Positions 1 through 13,083 of a DNA stretch of 64,000 nt are shown one piece after another. The position numbers and the translations under genes are program-made. Below the pieces are notes generated by a model. It saw nothing but the letters and a program-made list of their open reading frames with translations. It did no database searches and was not told the DNA's origin. The stretch's first letter is position 1; each line of letters opens with the position of its first letter. The DNA comes from Macrostomum hystrix (lineage: Eukaryota > Animalia > Platyhelminthes): NCBI GenBank assembly GCA_950097015.1, contig CATNEN010000030.1:2666001-2730000 (forward strand), in the 5' to 3' direction.

Positions 1-1426
1 TTGTGCACTATCGACTTCTACGAAGGTTTGGGAAATCCCACCTCACTCAAATCCCCCACATTGAAATCCCACCTCAATGAAATCCCACCTCAATGAAATC
101 CCACCTCATTGAAATCCCATCTCATTGATATCCCATATCATTGAAATACCCCACATTGAAATCCCACCTCATTGAAATACCCCACATTGAAATCCCACCT
201 CATTGAAATACCCCACAATGAAATCCCACCTCATTGAAATACCCCACATTGAAATCCTACCTCATTGAAATACCCCACATTGAAATCCTACCTCATTGAA
301 ATACCCCACATTGAAATCCCACTTCATTGAAATACCCCACATTGAAATCCCACCTCATTGAAATACCCCACATTGAAATCCCAACTTATTGAAATCCCAC
401 CTCATTGAAATCCCAACTCATTGAAATCCCAACTCATTGAAATCCCACCTCATTGAAATACCCCACATTGAAATCCCACCTCATTGAAATACCCCACATT
501 GAAATCCCAACTTATTGAAATCCCACCTCATTGAAATCCCAACTCATTGAAATCCCAACTCATTGAAATCCCACCTCATTGAAACCTCACCTCATTGAAA
601 TCCCAACTTATTGAAATCCCAACTGATTGAAATCCCAACTTATTGAAACCCCACTTCATTGAAATTTCACTTCTTTGAAGTATCACCGGTGCACTTCTGC
701 CCACCTCAATCAGCCGGTATTTGTGCTCACACGTTGCAGAGCAGGGCCGCATTGATGGAGCTGTCTGTGAGCACACCTGGGAGCAGCGTAATCAGTTCCT
801 CCGTCGAGCCCACGATGCAGGAGTGCGCAACATCGAAATGGAGTCTCTGGCACTGGCTGCATTTACAAACCGGCTGGGCATTCGAGGTACTCAAGGATCA
901 GGGATATTTGCTGGGGATTAGCGGTTCATCAAAGGATATTTAGTTGAGCACAGGTGGTTCATCAAAGGATATTTAGATAAGGACAAGCGGCACATCAAAG
1001 GATATTTAGTTAAGGACTGGCGGCTCATCAAAGGATATTTAGTTAAGGACTGGCGGCTCATCAAAGGATATTTAGTTAAGGACTGGCGGCACATCAAAGG
1101 ATATTTAGTTAAGGACTGGCGGCACATCAAAGGATATTTAGTTAAGTACAGGCGGCACATCAAAGGATATTTAGTTAAGTACAGGCGGCACATCAAAGGA
1201 TATTTAGTTAAGGACAGGCGGCTCAGGAAAGCAGCTTGTCCCACAAAAGCCAGCGGACACCGGATTAGCATTTTTAACCTCCTCAGCTGCCTGCATCGCG
1301 GTGACACTGCTGGACAGGTTCCAGCAGGACCAGGTGAAACACGAGCCAGGTGAAGTGGCCAGATTTGAGCGCCGAATGCTGCTCATCGTGGCGGCCTACG
1401 TCAGGCGCAGAGGAATCTGCAGTTAG
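1..1426 (+). CDS. UPP1: Uridine phosphorylase, 3' part (exons <1-25, 740-886, 1287-1426)
   Basis: Spliced translation LCTIDFYEEQGRIDGAVC...GVRNIEMESLALAAF...AACIAVTLLDRF...* matches the eukaryotic UPP motifs DFYEGQGRLDG / RNIEMES / VTLLNR. GT donors at 26 and 887, AG acceptors ending 739 and 1286, phases consistent, TAG at 1424-1426. UPP1 vs UPP2 not resolvable. Confidence 0.92.
48..690. repeat. Intronic minisatellite, ~16-bp unit (gaaatcccacctcatt / gaaataccccacatt)
   Basis: Tandem copies read directly, inside the UPP intron. Confidence 0.95.
926..1222. repeat. Intronic minisatellite, 33-bp unit (catcaaaggatatttagttaaggactggcggct)
   Basis: About 9 tandem copies in the UPP intron. Confidence 0.95.
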
Positions 1427-1466
1427 GACTTGAGGCGACATGTACGTTCTTGAATACTTCACAGAT

Positions 1467-1972
1467 CTCCCAGCTGTCCTACAGCACCCAGATCCAGCTG
1501 TCCTACAGCACCCAGATCCAGCTGTTCTACAGCACCCAGTTCCAGCTGTCCTACAGCACCCAGTTCCAGCTGTCCTACAGCACCCAGTTCCAGCTGTCCT
1601 ACAGCACCCAGTTCCAGCTGTCCTACAGCACCCAGTTCCAGCTGTCCTACAGCACCCAGTTCCAGCTGTCCTACAGCACCCAGTTCCAGCTGTCCTACAG
1701 TACCCAGTTCCAGCTGTCCTACAGTACCCAGTTCCAGCTGTCCTACAGTACCCAGTTCCAGCTGTCCTACAGTACCCAGTTCGAGCTGTCCTACAGTACC
1801 CAGTTCCAGCTGTCCTACAGCACCCAGTTCCAGCTGTCCTACAGTACCCAGTTCCAGCTGTCCTACAGTACCCAGTTCCAGCTGTCCTACAGTACCCAGT
1901 TCCAGCTGTCCTACAGTACCCAGTTCCAGCTGTCCTACAGCACCCAGTTCCAGCTGTCCTACAGCACCCAGT
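1467..1972. repeat. Minisatellite, 24-bp unit (cccagttccagctgtcctacagca)
   Basis: About 21 copies just downstream of the UPP stop; source of the PVPAVLQH and CCRTAGTG pseudo-ORFs. Confidence 0.95.
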
Positions 1973-2577
1973 TTTATTTATCTGTTGCCAAAATGATTCC
2001 GCAGACTCGTGGTAATGCTGTAACTGCATAAGTCAAGCCTGCACAGAATATCGCGAAAAAATCAATGCTTTGTAAGCATCTCCGAATTGATTGACATCCT
2101 GCGTGAAATAGAAACATTGCAAAGTACAGCCGAAGTTAGCTTACCCACATTACTACTGTAACAGTAGAGACTTAGGTTTTTTGTTTCAGTCAAATTATCA
2201 TATTGAAATGCTTTACGTCAATGTTACTTTACACTTTTTGCTTCCTGAAAAGTGCATAATTAACTGCATGATTGATAACAATAAACACGAGTATAAAACA
2301 CAATGTTTGTGCTCTAGTAACCATTGTCTTGCTTACAAACAGTGCACAATTGAAAGCAGCGAGTTTATATCAATATAATATGAGCTATAAGAAGTTAATT
2401 GTATGCCATCGACCGGGACGGTAAATGAGATTAGAAAAATACCTAAAAAGCATGCAAAAATATAGCTCACTCACAAAAATATACTGCGACAGACATACGA
2501 AATCTACTCGCTTAGTTTTTTGACAGAAAATATCAAAGCAACGTACTAGCAAGGATAGATTATAAGTTTAAGTTTAC

Positions 2578-3182
2578 TCTCTCTCTGACTCTCATTCGAT
2601 CCTGACTCTCATTTCTGAGTCTCATCCCAACTCTCTGACTCTCATTCCTTCTCTCTGACCCTCATTCCTTCTCTCTGACTCTCATTCCTTCTCTCTGACT
2701 CTCATTCCTTCTCTCTGACTCTCATCCCAACTCTCTGACTCTCATTCCTTCTCTCTGACTCTCATTCCTTCTCTCTGACTCTCATTCCTTCTCTCTGACT
2801 CTCATTCCTTCTCTCTGACTCTCATTCCTTCTCTCTGACTCTCATTCCTTCTCTCTGACTCTCATTCCTTCTCTCTGACTCTCATTCCTTCTCTCTGACT
2901 CTCATAGCTTCTCTCTGACTCTCATCCCTTCCCTCTCAGCCTCATTCCTGACTCTCATTCCTGACTCTCATTCCTGAATCTCATTCCTGACTCTCATTCC
3001 TGACTCTCATTCCTGACTCTCATTCCTGACTCTCATTCCTGACTCTCATTCCTGACTCTCATTCCTGACTCTCATTCCTGACTCTCATTCCTGACTCTCA
3101 TTCCTGACTCTCATTCCTGACTCTCATTCCTGACTCTCATTCCTGACTCTCATTCCTGACTCTCATTCCTGACTCTCATTCT
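2578..3182. repeat. Compound minisatellite: 20-bp unit (ctctctgactctcattcctt) followed by 13-bp unit (ctcattcctgact)
   Basis: Read directly; the 13-mer is a deletion derivative of the 20-mer. Confidence 0.95.
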
Positions 3183-3277
3183 GCTTCCACGATCAGGCGA
3201 GCGTCCGTCAAGGCAGTGGTAGAGAGTTTCTAATCTTTCGCAAAATTGACTAAAAGCAGAAGACGGTTCTGAGGCGG

Positions 3278-6200
3278 TCAGCTCAGCGGGTGCCAGAAGG
3301 CCAGGGTGACCCCAGGTCGGTCGGCCAGCTGGTCCCAGTGGGCGCGCCCGCTTCCGTAGCAGCTGGAAGAGAACACGACGAAGCCAAGGCAGGCGTCCAG
3401 ATCCGGACGGACTTGGCGTCGCTTCTGGCTGCAGGTCATGACGGAGACGATGAGGCTGACGCGGTCCAGCTTGCGCCTTGGTAGGGCCAGGCTTACGGAC
3501 TCGTTGTAGACCGGGCGCGGCGAGGCGTCGAAAATGCGGCTTCGCTTTCTGAACACCGGAGAGGCTGAGGCTGGCGACAACAGCGCCAGGTGCAGATAGG
3601 TGGCTGCAATGCGTTGGTGGACTGGCGGTCAGGCTGCAGCCAGCGGATGGGCTGTCAGCTAATGGGAGTGTCAGGGGATGGCGGTGTCAGGGGATGAGGT
3701 GTCAGGGGATGAGGTGTCAGGGGATGAGATGTCAGGGGATGGGAGTTTCAGGGGATGGGAGTTTCAGGGGATGAGGTGTCAGGGGTTGGTGGTGTCAGGG
3801 GATGGCGGTGTCAGGGGTTGGGAGTTTCAGGGGATGGTGGTGTCAGGGGATGGGGATGTCAGTGGATGGTGGAGTCAGGGGATGACGGTGTCAGGGGATG
3901 GTGGTGTCAGGGGATGGTGGTGTCAGGGGATGGTGGTGTCAGGGGTTGGGAGTTTCAGGGGATGGGAGTTTCAAGGGATGGCGGTGTCAGGGGATGGGAG
4001 TTTCAGGGGATGAGGTGTCAGGGGTTGGTGGTGTCAGGAGATGGTGGTGTCAGGGAATGGTGGTGTCAGGGGATGGCGGTGTCAGGGGATGGGAGTTTCA
4101 GGGGATGGTGGTGTCAGGGGATGGGGGTGTCAGTGGATGGTGGAGTCAGGGGATGGCGGTGTCAGGGGATGGTGGTGTCAGGGGATGGTGGTGTCAGGGG
4201 ATGGCGGTGTCAGGGGATGAGGTGTCAGGGGATGAGATGTCAGGGGATGGGAGTTTCAGGGGATGGCGGTGTCAGGGGATGGGAGTTTCAGGGGATGAGG
4301 TGTCAGGGGTTGGTGGTGTCAGGGGATGGTGGTGTCAGGGAATGGTGATGTCAGGGGATGGCGGTGTCAGGGGATGGGAGTTTCAGGGGATGGTGGTGTT
4401 GGGATGGTGGTGTCAGGGGATGGCGGTGTCAGGGGATGGTGGTGTCAGGGGATGGTGGTGTCAGTGGATGGTGGTGTCAGGGGATGGCCGTGTCAGGGGA
4501 TGGCGGTGTCAGCTAGGGGACGGTAGTGTCAGCAGATGGTGTCAGCGAATGGGAGTGTCAGGAGATGGTGGTGTCAGGGGATGGCGGTGTCAAGGTATGG
4601 GGGTGTCAGGGGAGTGTACACTGACTGACGATGAGAAGGTCAGGGCAGATGTGTTCTCAAAGGCAAGAGTAATTCGCAGAATCGGCTTTTTTGCTGGCTG
4701 CCGGTCGACTTTCGCCTGAGACTGAGATCATTAAATAGCTCGTTGACTTACACGGCACAGTTCCATCAGCGCAGCGGATATCGCTGGCCTTGAGAAACAT
4801 GACGTCCAGCCTCTCAGCTGATGGGATGTAGCGAAGGGCCACCAGCAGCTCGCACGATTCCAGCTGAAAGCAATTCCTCATTTCATGAGAACACTCGACT
4901 CAGTTATTCTGCCAATCCCCCTAACTCGCACTCACCTGTGGCATCTGCGTGGGAAGGCAGGTGTATTCAATGGCGACTCCCAGCTCTGCCGGCAGCGGCA
5001 GTAGGGCCTCGCCAACGATTCTTTCCCGGCTGAAGCGGTCGAAGTCCAGGCAGCGCAGCAGGAGGCGAGCAGCTTCCGGGGGTGCGGCACCGTCTGGCTC
5101 GGCCAGCGGCAGCACCAGAGTCTCGTTGAACACTGGCGAGGCCGTCTGGGCCACGATTCCGGTGCGCACAGCTTCTACAGCGTCGAAACATTCGCCGATA
5201 TTGACCAGCTGGACCTGGGCACGGGGATCGAGGGAGGGGTGAATTATTAGTGCATTCTGGAGTGAATGGGAAGGAAAGAAGAGGGAGGAAGCGGGGGTAG
5301 AGGAGTGAGGAAGCGGATGGGGCAGAGGAGGGAGGAAGCGGAGGGGGCAGAGCAGGGAGGAAGCAGAGGGGGCAGAGCAGGGAGGAAGCGGATGGGGCAG
5401 AGCAGGGAGGAAGCGGATGGGGCAGAGGATAGAGGAAGCGGGGGGCAGAGGATAGAGGAAGCGGGGGGCAGAGGATAGAGGAAGCGGAGGGGGCAGAGGA
5501 TGGGGGAAGCGGATGGGGCAGAGCAGGGAGGAAGCGGAGTGGCAGAGGAGGGAGGAAGAGGAGGGGCAGAGGAGGGAGGAAGCGGAGTGGCAGAGGAGGG
5601 AGGAAGAGGAGGGGCAGAGGAGGGAGGAAGCGGAGGGGGCAGAGCAGGGAGGAAGCGAAGGGATCAAGAGAGGGAGAAAAGGAGCGGAGAGCTTCACCTG
5701 GGCGAAGTTGCAGTGGCACAGTCCCAGCCGGGGTCCTGGAGTGTCCTCGGCGCTGTACAGATGCACAGCCAGGCAGTCAGTCTGCCTGGTAACAGAGAAG
5801 GTCAGCGTCACTGGGGGCGCCTGGGCGGCCGACAGGCGAAGCTGGCTCGGCTCCATCATCTGCTGCTCCTCGTGCAGCGGCTTTCTCGCCTGCGTTTGCT
5901 GCTTCTGCTGGTGAAGGGCTGCGCCGTAGACTGCCTCGCTAGCATTGCCCACCTGCAAATTTCAGGTGTCAATTGTTTAAAGCTGTCACTTTGAAGAAAG
6001 CAGAAAAATGCACTGCTGCCTACTCATTAGACTAATTTAGGGAAAAAACCCACTAAATTAAATTTTTTAGTTGCCGAGGCTTTCTGTTCTTCTTCATTGT
6101 TGCAGTCGAAGCAGCAGCAGCAGCAGCTACGAGCAAATGGGCCTCGCTTGCGAATTGGCGAATGCGCTGTGGGATTTGATGGATAATCGAGAAATTTTGG

Positions 6201-8149
6201 GAGACTGAGCACATGCGATTCCAATCAATCCCCCCAATGAACACACTGAACTTCCTCACATTTCCCTCTTGTCCAGCAATCTAATCCAATATTCACTCCT
6301 CTAACCCAACATTTCCCACCTCTAATCCAACATTTCCCTCAGCTAATCCAACATTTCCCTACGCTAATCCAACATTTCCCTACGCTAATCCAACATTTCT
6401 TTGTCGAATCCAACATTTCCCTCCGCTAATCCAACATTTCCTTGTCGAATCCAACATTTCCCTTCCTTTATCCAACATTTCCCTCCTCTAATCCAACATT
6501 TCCTTGTCGAATCCAACATTTCCCTTCCTTTATCCAACATTTCCCACCTCTAATCCAACATTTCCCTCCGCTAATCCAACATTTCCCTCCGCTAATCCAA
6601 CATTTCCCTCCGCTAATCCAACATTTCCTTGTCGAATCCAACATTTCCCTCCGCTAATCCAACATTTCCCTCCGCTAATCCAACATTTCCTTGTCGAATC
6701 CAACATTTCCCTTCCTTTATCCAACATTTCCCTTCCTTTATCCAACATTTCCCTCCTCTAATCCAACATTTCCCTCCTCTTATCCAACATTTGCCTCCTC
6801 TAATCCAACATTTCCCTGCTCTAATCCAACATTTCCCTCCTCTTATCCAACATTTCCCTCCTCTTATCCAACATTTGCTTCCTCTAATCCAACATTTCCC
6901 TCCGCTAATCCAACATTTTCCTCCTCTTATCTAACATTTCCCTCCTCTTATCCAACATTTGCCTCCTCTAATCCAACATTTCCCTCCGCTAATCCAACAT
7001 TTTCCTCCTCTTATCTAACATTTCCCACCTCTTATCCAACATTTCCCTGCTCTAATCCAACATTTCCCTCCTCTTATCCAACATTTCCCACCTCTTATCC
7101 AACATTTCCCTCCTCTAATCCAACATTTCCCTCCGCTAATCCAACATTTTCCTCCTCTTATCTAACATTTCCCTCCTCTTATCCAACATTTGCCTCCTCT
7201 AATCCAACATTTCCCTCCGCTAATCCAACATTTTCCTCCTCTTATCTAACATTTCCCACCTCTTATCCAACATTTCCCTGCTCTAATCCAACATTTCCCT
7301 CCTCTTATCCAACATTTCCCACCTCTTATCCAACATTTCCCTCCTCTTATCCAACATTTCCCTCCGCTAATCCAACATTTTCCTTGTCGAATCCAACATT
7401 TCCCTCCGCTAATCCAACATTTCCTTGTCGAATCCAACATTTCCCTCCTCTAATCCAACATATCCCACCTCTAATCCAACATTTCCCTCCGCTAATCCAA
7501 CATTTCCCTCCGCTAATCCAACATTTCCCTCCGCTAATCCAACATTTCTTTGTCGAATCCAACATTTCCCTCCGCTAATCCAACATTTCCTTGTCGAATC
7601 CAACATTTCCCTCCGCTAATCCAACATTTCCCTCCGCTAATCCAACATTTCCTTGTCGAATCCAACATTTCCCTCCTCTAATCCAACATATCCCACCTCT
7701 AATCCAACATTTCCCACCTCTAATACAACATATCCCACCTCTAATCCAACATTTCCCACCTCTAATACAACATTTCCCACCTCTTATCCAACATTTCCCT
7801 CCGCTAATCCAACATTTCCTTGTCGAATCCAACATTTCGCTCCTCTAACTGAATTAGTTTCCGCACTTAGGCAATCTTATCATCATTTCAATGACGCCTT
7901 TTTTGTTTTTTTCTTCCGTTATTTTCCCTGTCCAACAATGTCCTCCCATGCAGTAATAGAATCTTGCTCACGGTAGCCGCCGTCGCCCAGGCTCGCGATC
8001 CTCTGTCGCCGCCTCAGCCGAGACCTCAGCGGGCAGGCCGGACAGGCCAGGCACAGCAGCAGCACGCCGGCGCAGATCAGAAGGCAGCCGAAGGCAGCCG
8101 TCGCGCAGCCGATGGCAATCGCCGAGCTGACAGACATGCTAGCCGGCAT
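3278..8149 (-). CDS. Synaptotagmin-like protein, TM-C2A-C2B, ~420 aa (exons 8149-7972, 6166-6054, 5952-5698, 5214-4936, 4863-4752, 3603-3278)
   Basis: N-terminal hydrophobic segment (IAIGCATAAFGCLLICAGVLLLCLAC); C2A motifs SPVFNETL and DFDRFS..IVGE; C2B motifs ELLVALRYIPSAERLDV, PVYNESVSL and GSGRAHW...AFWHPL*. All six exons join in frame with GT-AG. Exon 2 (poly-Cys) is the least certain. Confidence 0.85.
3665..4610. repeat. Intronic G-rich minisatellite built on ggtgtcaggggat
   Basis: Tandem variant units fill the last synaptotagmin intron. Confidence 0.95.
4611..4652 (+). mobile_element. Short internal fragment of tRNA-SINE family B
   Basis: gtgtacactgactgacgatgagaaggtcagggcagatgtg matches the internal segment of the full copy at 37327-37689. 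Confidence 0.7.
5280..5660. repeat. Intronic GA-rich minisatellite (gcagagcagggaggaagcggatggg-like)
   Basis: Tandem purine-rich units in synaptotagmin intron 5215-5697. Confidence 0.9.
6290..7845. repeat. Intronic minisatellite, 21-bp unit (tccaacatttccctccgctaa)
   Basis: About 70 variant copies in synaptotagmin intron 1. Confidence 0.95.
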
Positions 8150-9468
8150 TCTTCGCTGTCAGAGCGCAGGCCATCCAGCCGTGGATTCCGTGCTCAACGG
8201 ACTCTGAGATAGTGCAGTATTGAGCAGTGCACCACAACGCGTACCGCAAGTAGGCGAGTTATTACAGTGGGGGGCAGTGTAGCGAAGGCTTGGCTATGTG
8301 AGATTATGACCATCGAAATTAGACACACAGAATGAGAGAAAGAAAGATAGAAGGCAAGAATGGGCACGACTGTTTGTGTGCGAGCTGGCATATTGTCTGG
8401 AGCAGTGTACCCAAACCCACCTCCTCAGAGCCCGGGCCGGTGACACGTGCGACCCCCGAGCTCGTGAGGCGCCGAGTTGCCACACACAATGCGCGGAGAG
8501 TTTGAGGCGCTCGTGTTTCTGGGGAATATCAATTTTGACTAAATGAAGCATAGGCTAAGTGAGAGTAGAGAGACTGTCGGTTGGGTCTCCATTTCTGTCA
8601 CGCACGCCTCGTCTCCGCCCTTGAAGACCGTCAGCCGTGTCATTTCATCCAGGTGGCGCAGGTGTCAAATTTCGTGCCATCTTGATAGCTGATTTGCCAG
8701 ATTTTTGATTGACACCAAATTATCTGGCGAATTGAATGGTGTCAATTACTCAAACGAGTTTTGCCACGAAATGAGTTCGAGCAGTGGCGACTGTTTTAAG
8801 AGTCGTCTCATTCGAAAAGAACTTTCTACTTTGAGTAGTCAGCAATGTCCGGTCCCAATTTTTGTGCAGATTGCGTTATGAGTCATAGCGGATGGACCGA
8901 TGGGACAAAGTTGCAACCAGGGTGGGCACAGGAAGTCACCACAGCCAGAAAAATAGACAGAATCATGGCAAAAATTATTTGCTTAAAAAAAGCAAATGTT
9001 TCCAATCTTTGAACTAAAGGGCCAATGAAAAACAATACACCGGGACCTAGAAAGTACCCACAGCGAGCTTCCACCATGCGTTCTCCAGTTTCACTTAATC
9101 ACAGCCTGGCAACAGAGCCTGGCTCAACAACCCGGCCATTTAGCGAGACCATGCGATAGAGAATAAGACCAATGTAGGAAGTGCTAATAGGCGCATCAGG
9201 CAGCTCGCTTAGGCAGAAGCGCAGAAGGGGACAGGGGGGTGCGCCTGGCATAAATAGACCGCACGGCCATGCACCGAGGTATCGAGGCCCAGCTAAATGT
9301 TGATCTGCTCAGACCAAAAGCCACCCTGCGTGGCTATCTTTGGTTTTCTAGCTGTATGACTGAGTTCAGAATGACCGATCATAAAGCTAGCCTACCAAAG
9401 TAGTCACGACAGACTAAGCAGCATTGGATTTTTGGTGAGCGCTGTTCTCAACTCCCCGTTGCATGCCT

Positions 9469-9977
9469 TTACCAATCATCACTCAGATTCACTGATTCAC
9501 CAATCATCACTCAGATTCACTGATTCACCAATCATCACTCAGATCCATTGATTCACCAATCATCACTCAGATCCATTGATTCACCAATCATCACTCAGAT
9601 CCACTGATTCACCAATCATCACTCAGATCCATTGATTCACCAATCATCACTCAGATCCACTGATTCACTGCCACTATGAATCACTGATTCATCAATCATT
9701 ACTCGTACTTTGATCAATTTATTCACCCACTGTCTCTGACATATCAGATCTGTTGGTTCACCCACTGTCTCTGACATATCAGATCTGTTGGTTCACCCAC
9801 TGTCTCTGACATCTCAGATCTGTTGGTTCACCCACTGTCTCTCACATCTCAGATCTGTTGGTTCACCCACTGTCTCTGACATATCAGATCTGTTGGTTCA
9901 CCCACTGTCTCTCACATCTCAGATCTGTTGGTTCACCCACTGTCTCTGACATATCAGATCTGTTGGTTCACCCACTG
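9469..9977. repeat. Two adjacent minisatellites: 28-bp unit (accaatcatcactcagattcactgattc) and 35-bp unit (cacccactgtctctgacatatcagatctgttggtt)
   Basis: Tandem copies at ~9469-9670 and ~9722-9977. Confidence 0.93.
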
Positions 9978-10523
9978 CTGATGAGCAAAAGACATCAACA
10001 AGCAGTGAATAAAGTTCCAAGCATTTGTAGTCTTGGCAAACAGTACAGCAATAAAATATGAATCGAAAATGCGCAAGATGTTTAGCCTTGCACATATCAG
10101 ACTTTTTGTAGCTGCGCAGTTGTTGAAATAATTTGGCGTTGCTGCAGAGTGCAAGCAGGCAGCTAGGTGACAGTCAGTGCAGTCTACTTTCTCAGTATAA
10201 CAGATCCGATTTTGTTCCGGCGCAAGACTATGCAATGTTTCATCTCATGCAAACACAAATACTAAACAGCCATGTGCAGCATTCTCACTTTGCTAGTTCG
10301 GGAGGACAGATGCAGCCTCTTAAAATACAATAGAAATGATATATTCATAAACTAGGAAGCTACCAGTGGCAGACATAAGCAACGATAAATTAATATTGCA
10401 AACACTGGGAATGGATGAAACAGATCTTGAACTTCGCTGCTATATTACTAAACAAATATAGTTGCTTAACATAATTATGCTTCTGTCCACAGTATCCTCA
10501 CAGAAAAAAGCGAAACAGAACCT

Positions 10524-11778
10524 CTAGAATCGAAGCAGGAGCTGTATATGGTAGAATCGAAGCAGGAGCTGTATATGGTAGAATCGAAGCAGGAGCTGTA
10601 TATGGTAGAATCGAAGCAGGAGGTGTATATGGTAGAATCGAAGCAGGAGGTGTAAATGCTATAATCGAAGCAGGAGCTGTAAATGCTAGAATCGAAGCAG
10701 GAGCTGTAAATGCTAGAATCGAAGCATGAGCTGTAAATGCTAGAATCGAAGCAGGAGCTGTAAATGCTATAATCGAAGCAGGAGCTGTAAATGCTAGAAT
10801 CGAAGCAGGAGGTGTAAATGCTAGAATCGAAGCAGGAGCTGTAGCTATAATCGAAGCAGGAGGTGTAAATGCTAGAATCGAAGCAGGAGGTGTAAATGCT
10901 AGAATCGAAGCAGGAGGTGTAAAGGCTAGAATCGAAGCAGGAGGTGTAAATTCTAGAATCGAAGCAGGAGGTGTAAATGCTAGAATCGAAGCAGGAGGTG
11001 TAAATTCTAGAATCGAAGCAGGAGGTGTAAATGCTAGAATCGAAGCAGGAGCTGTAAATGCTAGAATCGAAGCAGGAGCTGTAAATGCTAGAATCGAAGC
11101 AGGAGCTGTAGCTATAATCGAAGCAGGAGGTGTAAATGCTAGAATCGAAGCAGGAGCTGTAGCTATAATCGAAGCAGGAGGTGTAAATGCTAGAATCGAA
11201 GCAGGAGGTGTAAATGCTAGAATCGAAGCAGGAGGTGTAAAGGCTAGAATCGAAGCAGGAGGTGTAAATTCTAGAATCGAAGCAGGAGGTGTAAATGCTA
11301 GAATCGAAGCAGGAGGTGTAAAGGCTAGAATCGAAGCAGGAGGTGTAAATTCTAGAATCGAAGCAGGAGGTGTAAATGCTAGAATCGAAGCAGGAGCTGT
11401 AAATGCTAGAATCGAAGCAGGAGCTGTAAATGCTAGAATCGAAGCAGGAGCTGTAGCTATAATCGAAGCAGGAGGTGTATATGCTAGAATCGAAGCAGGA
11501 GGTGTAAATGCTATAATCGAAGCAGGAGGTGTAAATGCCAGAATCGAAGCAGGAGCTGTAAATGCTATAATCGAAGCAGGAGCTGTAAATTCTAGAATCG
11601 AAGCAGGAGGTGTAAAGGCTAGAATCGAAGCAGGAGGTGTAAATGCTAGAATCGAAGCAGGAGCTGTAAATGCTAGAATCGAAGCAGGAGCTGTAAATTC
11701 TAGAATCGAAGCAGGAGCTGTAAATGCTAGAATCGAAGCAGGAGCTGTAAATGCTAGAATCGAAGCAGGAGCTGTAGC
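10524..11778. repeat. Minisatellite, 27-bp unit (tagaatcgaagcaggagctgtaaatgc) with shorter variants
   Basis: About 46 copies; source of the 446- and 474-aa repetitive ORFs. Confidence 0.95.
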
Positions 11779-12066
11779 AGCCAGAACAGAACTGGCAAAA
11801 AAAAGAAAAAAACAAACAAGGTTATGATTGCTTGTTAATGGTAGACACAATCTACCAGTGCGCGAAAGGGACACAAGAACAATGCGATATTTTAGCAAGA
11901 AGTAGTTTGTATATTTTTTCACAGGCAGCTCGTGCTAAGCGCCAGAATTGAAGCGACGAAAAATAGGAAAATTACGAGTACGTTGGAAAACTAGTGATAG
12001 ACTAATTGACAAGCAACAAATTTTGACATCTGTCACTGATGCGAACCGGCAGCTTAAACTGTCAAT

Positions 12067-12864
12067 TCAACCAGCTGCCACCTTCTGTGCCACCAGGGCG
12101 TAGCTAAGCGACAAGTCCGGAGTCCATGACCAGCGGCCGTTGAGGGGGTTAAGCCACATGCCGACGGTCAGGCGAGTCTCCAGTCCGCACTTGGCCAGCT
12201 GCCAACGCAGCTCATTCGGCTGCACAAACCGCTGCCAGTCGTGTGTCCCGGGTGGCACCAGTCGAAGCAGCTGCTCGGCTGCCACCACGCCGAGCCAGTA
12301 TGACGCTGGCGTCCGGTTGACGGTGGTGACAGCCAGGCAGCCGCCTGGACGGAGCAGGTCGGCCGCTGATCGGAGAAATTCCGGCCAGTTGTCGACGTGT
12401 TCGATGACTTCGCTGGCCACGGCCAGATCGAATCCGGCGGGCCGCTCGGCCGCCAAGTCGGACACCGACTGGCATCGGTAGGTCAGCCGTTCGGCTGCTT
12501 TGGCGCTGAGGCCGGCGTCTCCGCTGTCGCGTCGAGCTGCGGCCGCAGCCACCGACTCCGCCACCGGGTCGATGCCGACAACCCGAGCGCCGAGGCGGGC
12601 CAGCGGCTCGGCGAGGAGGCCGCCGCCGCAGCCGAGGTCGGTCAGGCTGGCACCGTTGAGGCCGTCGGAGCCCCTGGCAAAGGTGGCTGCGGAGCGAACC
12701 AGAGGCACCCGGAGGCGGTTCAGCGAGTGCAGCGCCTGCAGGGGACCGGCACGATCCCACCAGCGGTCGGCGAGGCGGGCGAACTTCTGCGCCTCGTCAG
12801 CGGTGGCTGCAGCGGAGGAGGCGGCGGCCGTCGAGAACAGGCGACGAAGTGCCGCCGACTGCAT
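12067..12864 (-). CDS. COQ3: Ubiquinone biosynthesis O-methyltransferase COQ3, single exon, 265 aa
   Basis: Arg/Ala/Ser-rich transit-like N-terminus; WWD..GPL..LHSLNRLRVP, SAM motif DLGCGGGLLAEPLARLGA, SEVIEHV, VPPGTHDW and NPLNGRW motifs of COQ3/UbiG. Confidence 0.95.
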   Translation of the reverse strand: MQSAALRRLFSTAAASSAAATADEAQKFARLADRWWDRAGPLQALHSLNRLRVPLVRSAATFARGSDGLNGASLTDLGCGGGLLAEPLARLGARVVGIDPVAESVAAAAARRDSGDAGLSAKAAERLTYRCQSVSDLAAERPAGFDLAVASEVIEHVDNWPEFLRSAADLLRPGGCLAVTTVNRTPASYWLGVVAAEQLLRLVPPGTHDWQRFVQPNELRWQLAKCGLETRLTVGMWLNPLNGRWSWTPDLSLSYALVAQKVAAG

Positions 12865-12894
12865 TCGAGCTGCAGATCGAATGGGGATTTGTCT

Positions 12895-13083
12895 GTGTTG
12901 GGATGTGATGGGATTTGTCAGGATCTGATGGGAATTTGTCAGGGGGTTGGGATCTGATGAGATTTGTCAGGGGGGTTAAGATCTGATGGGATTTGTCAGG
13001 GGGGTTAAGATCTGATGGGATTTGTCAGGGGGTTAAGATCTGATGGGATTTGTCAGGGGGTTAAGATCTAATGGGATTTGTCT
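12895..13083. repeat. Minisatellite, ~27-bp unit (gatctgatgggatttgtcagggggttaa)
   Basis: Tandem copies directly upstream of the COQ3 start. Confidence 0.9.

Noticed and set aside
12067-12864. Horizontal transfer or retrocopy origin of the intronless COQ3
   Set aside because: It has a eukaryotic transit-like peptide and the same codon style as neighbouring genes; no poly(A) or TSD was seen.
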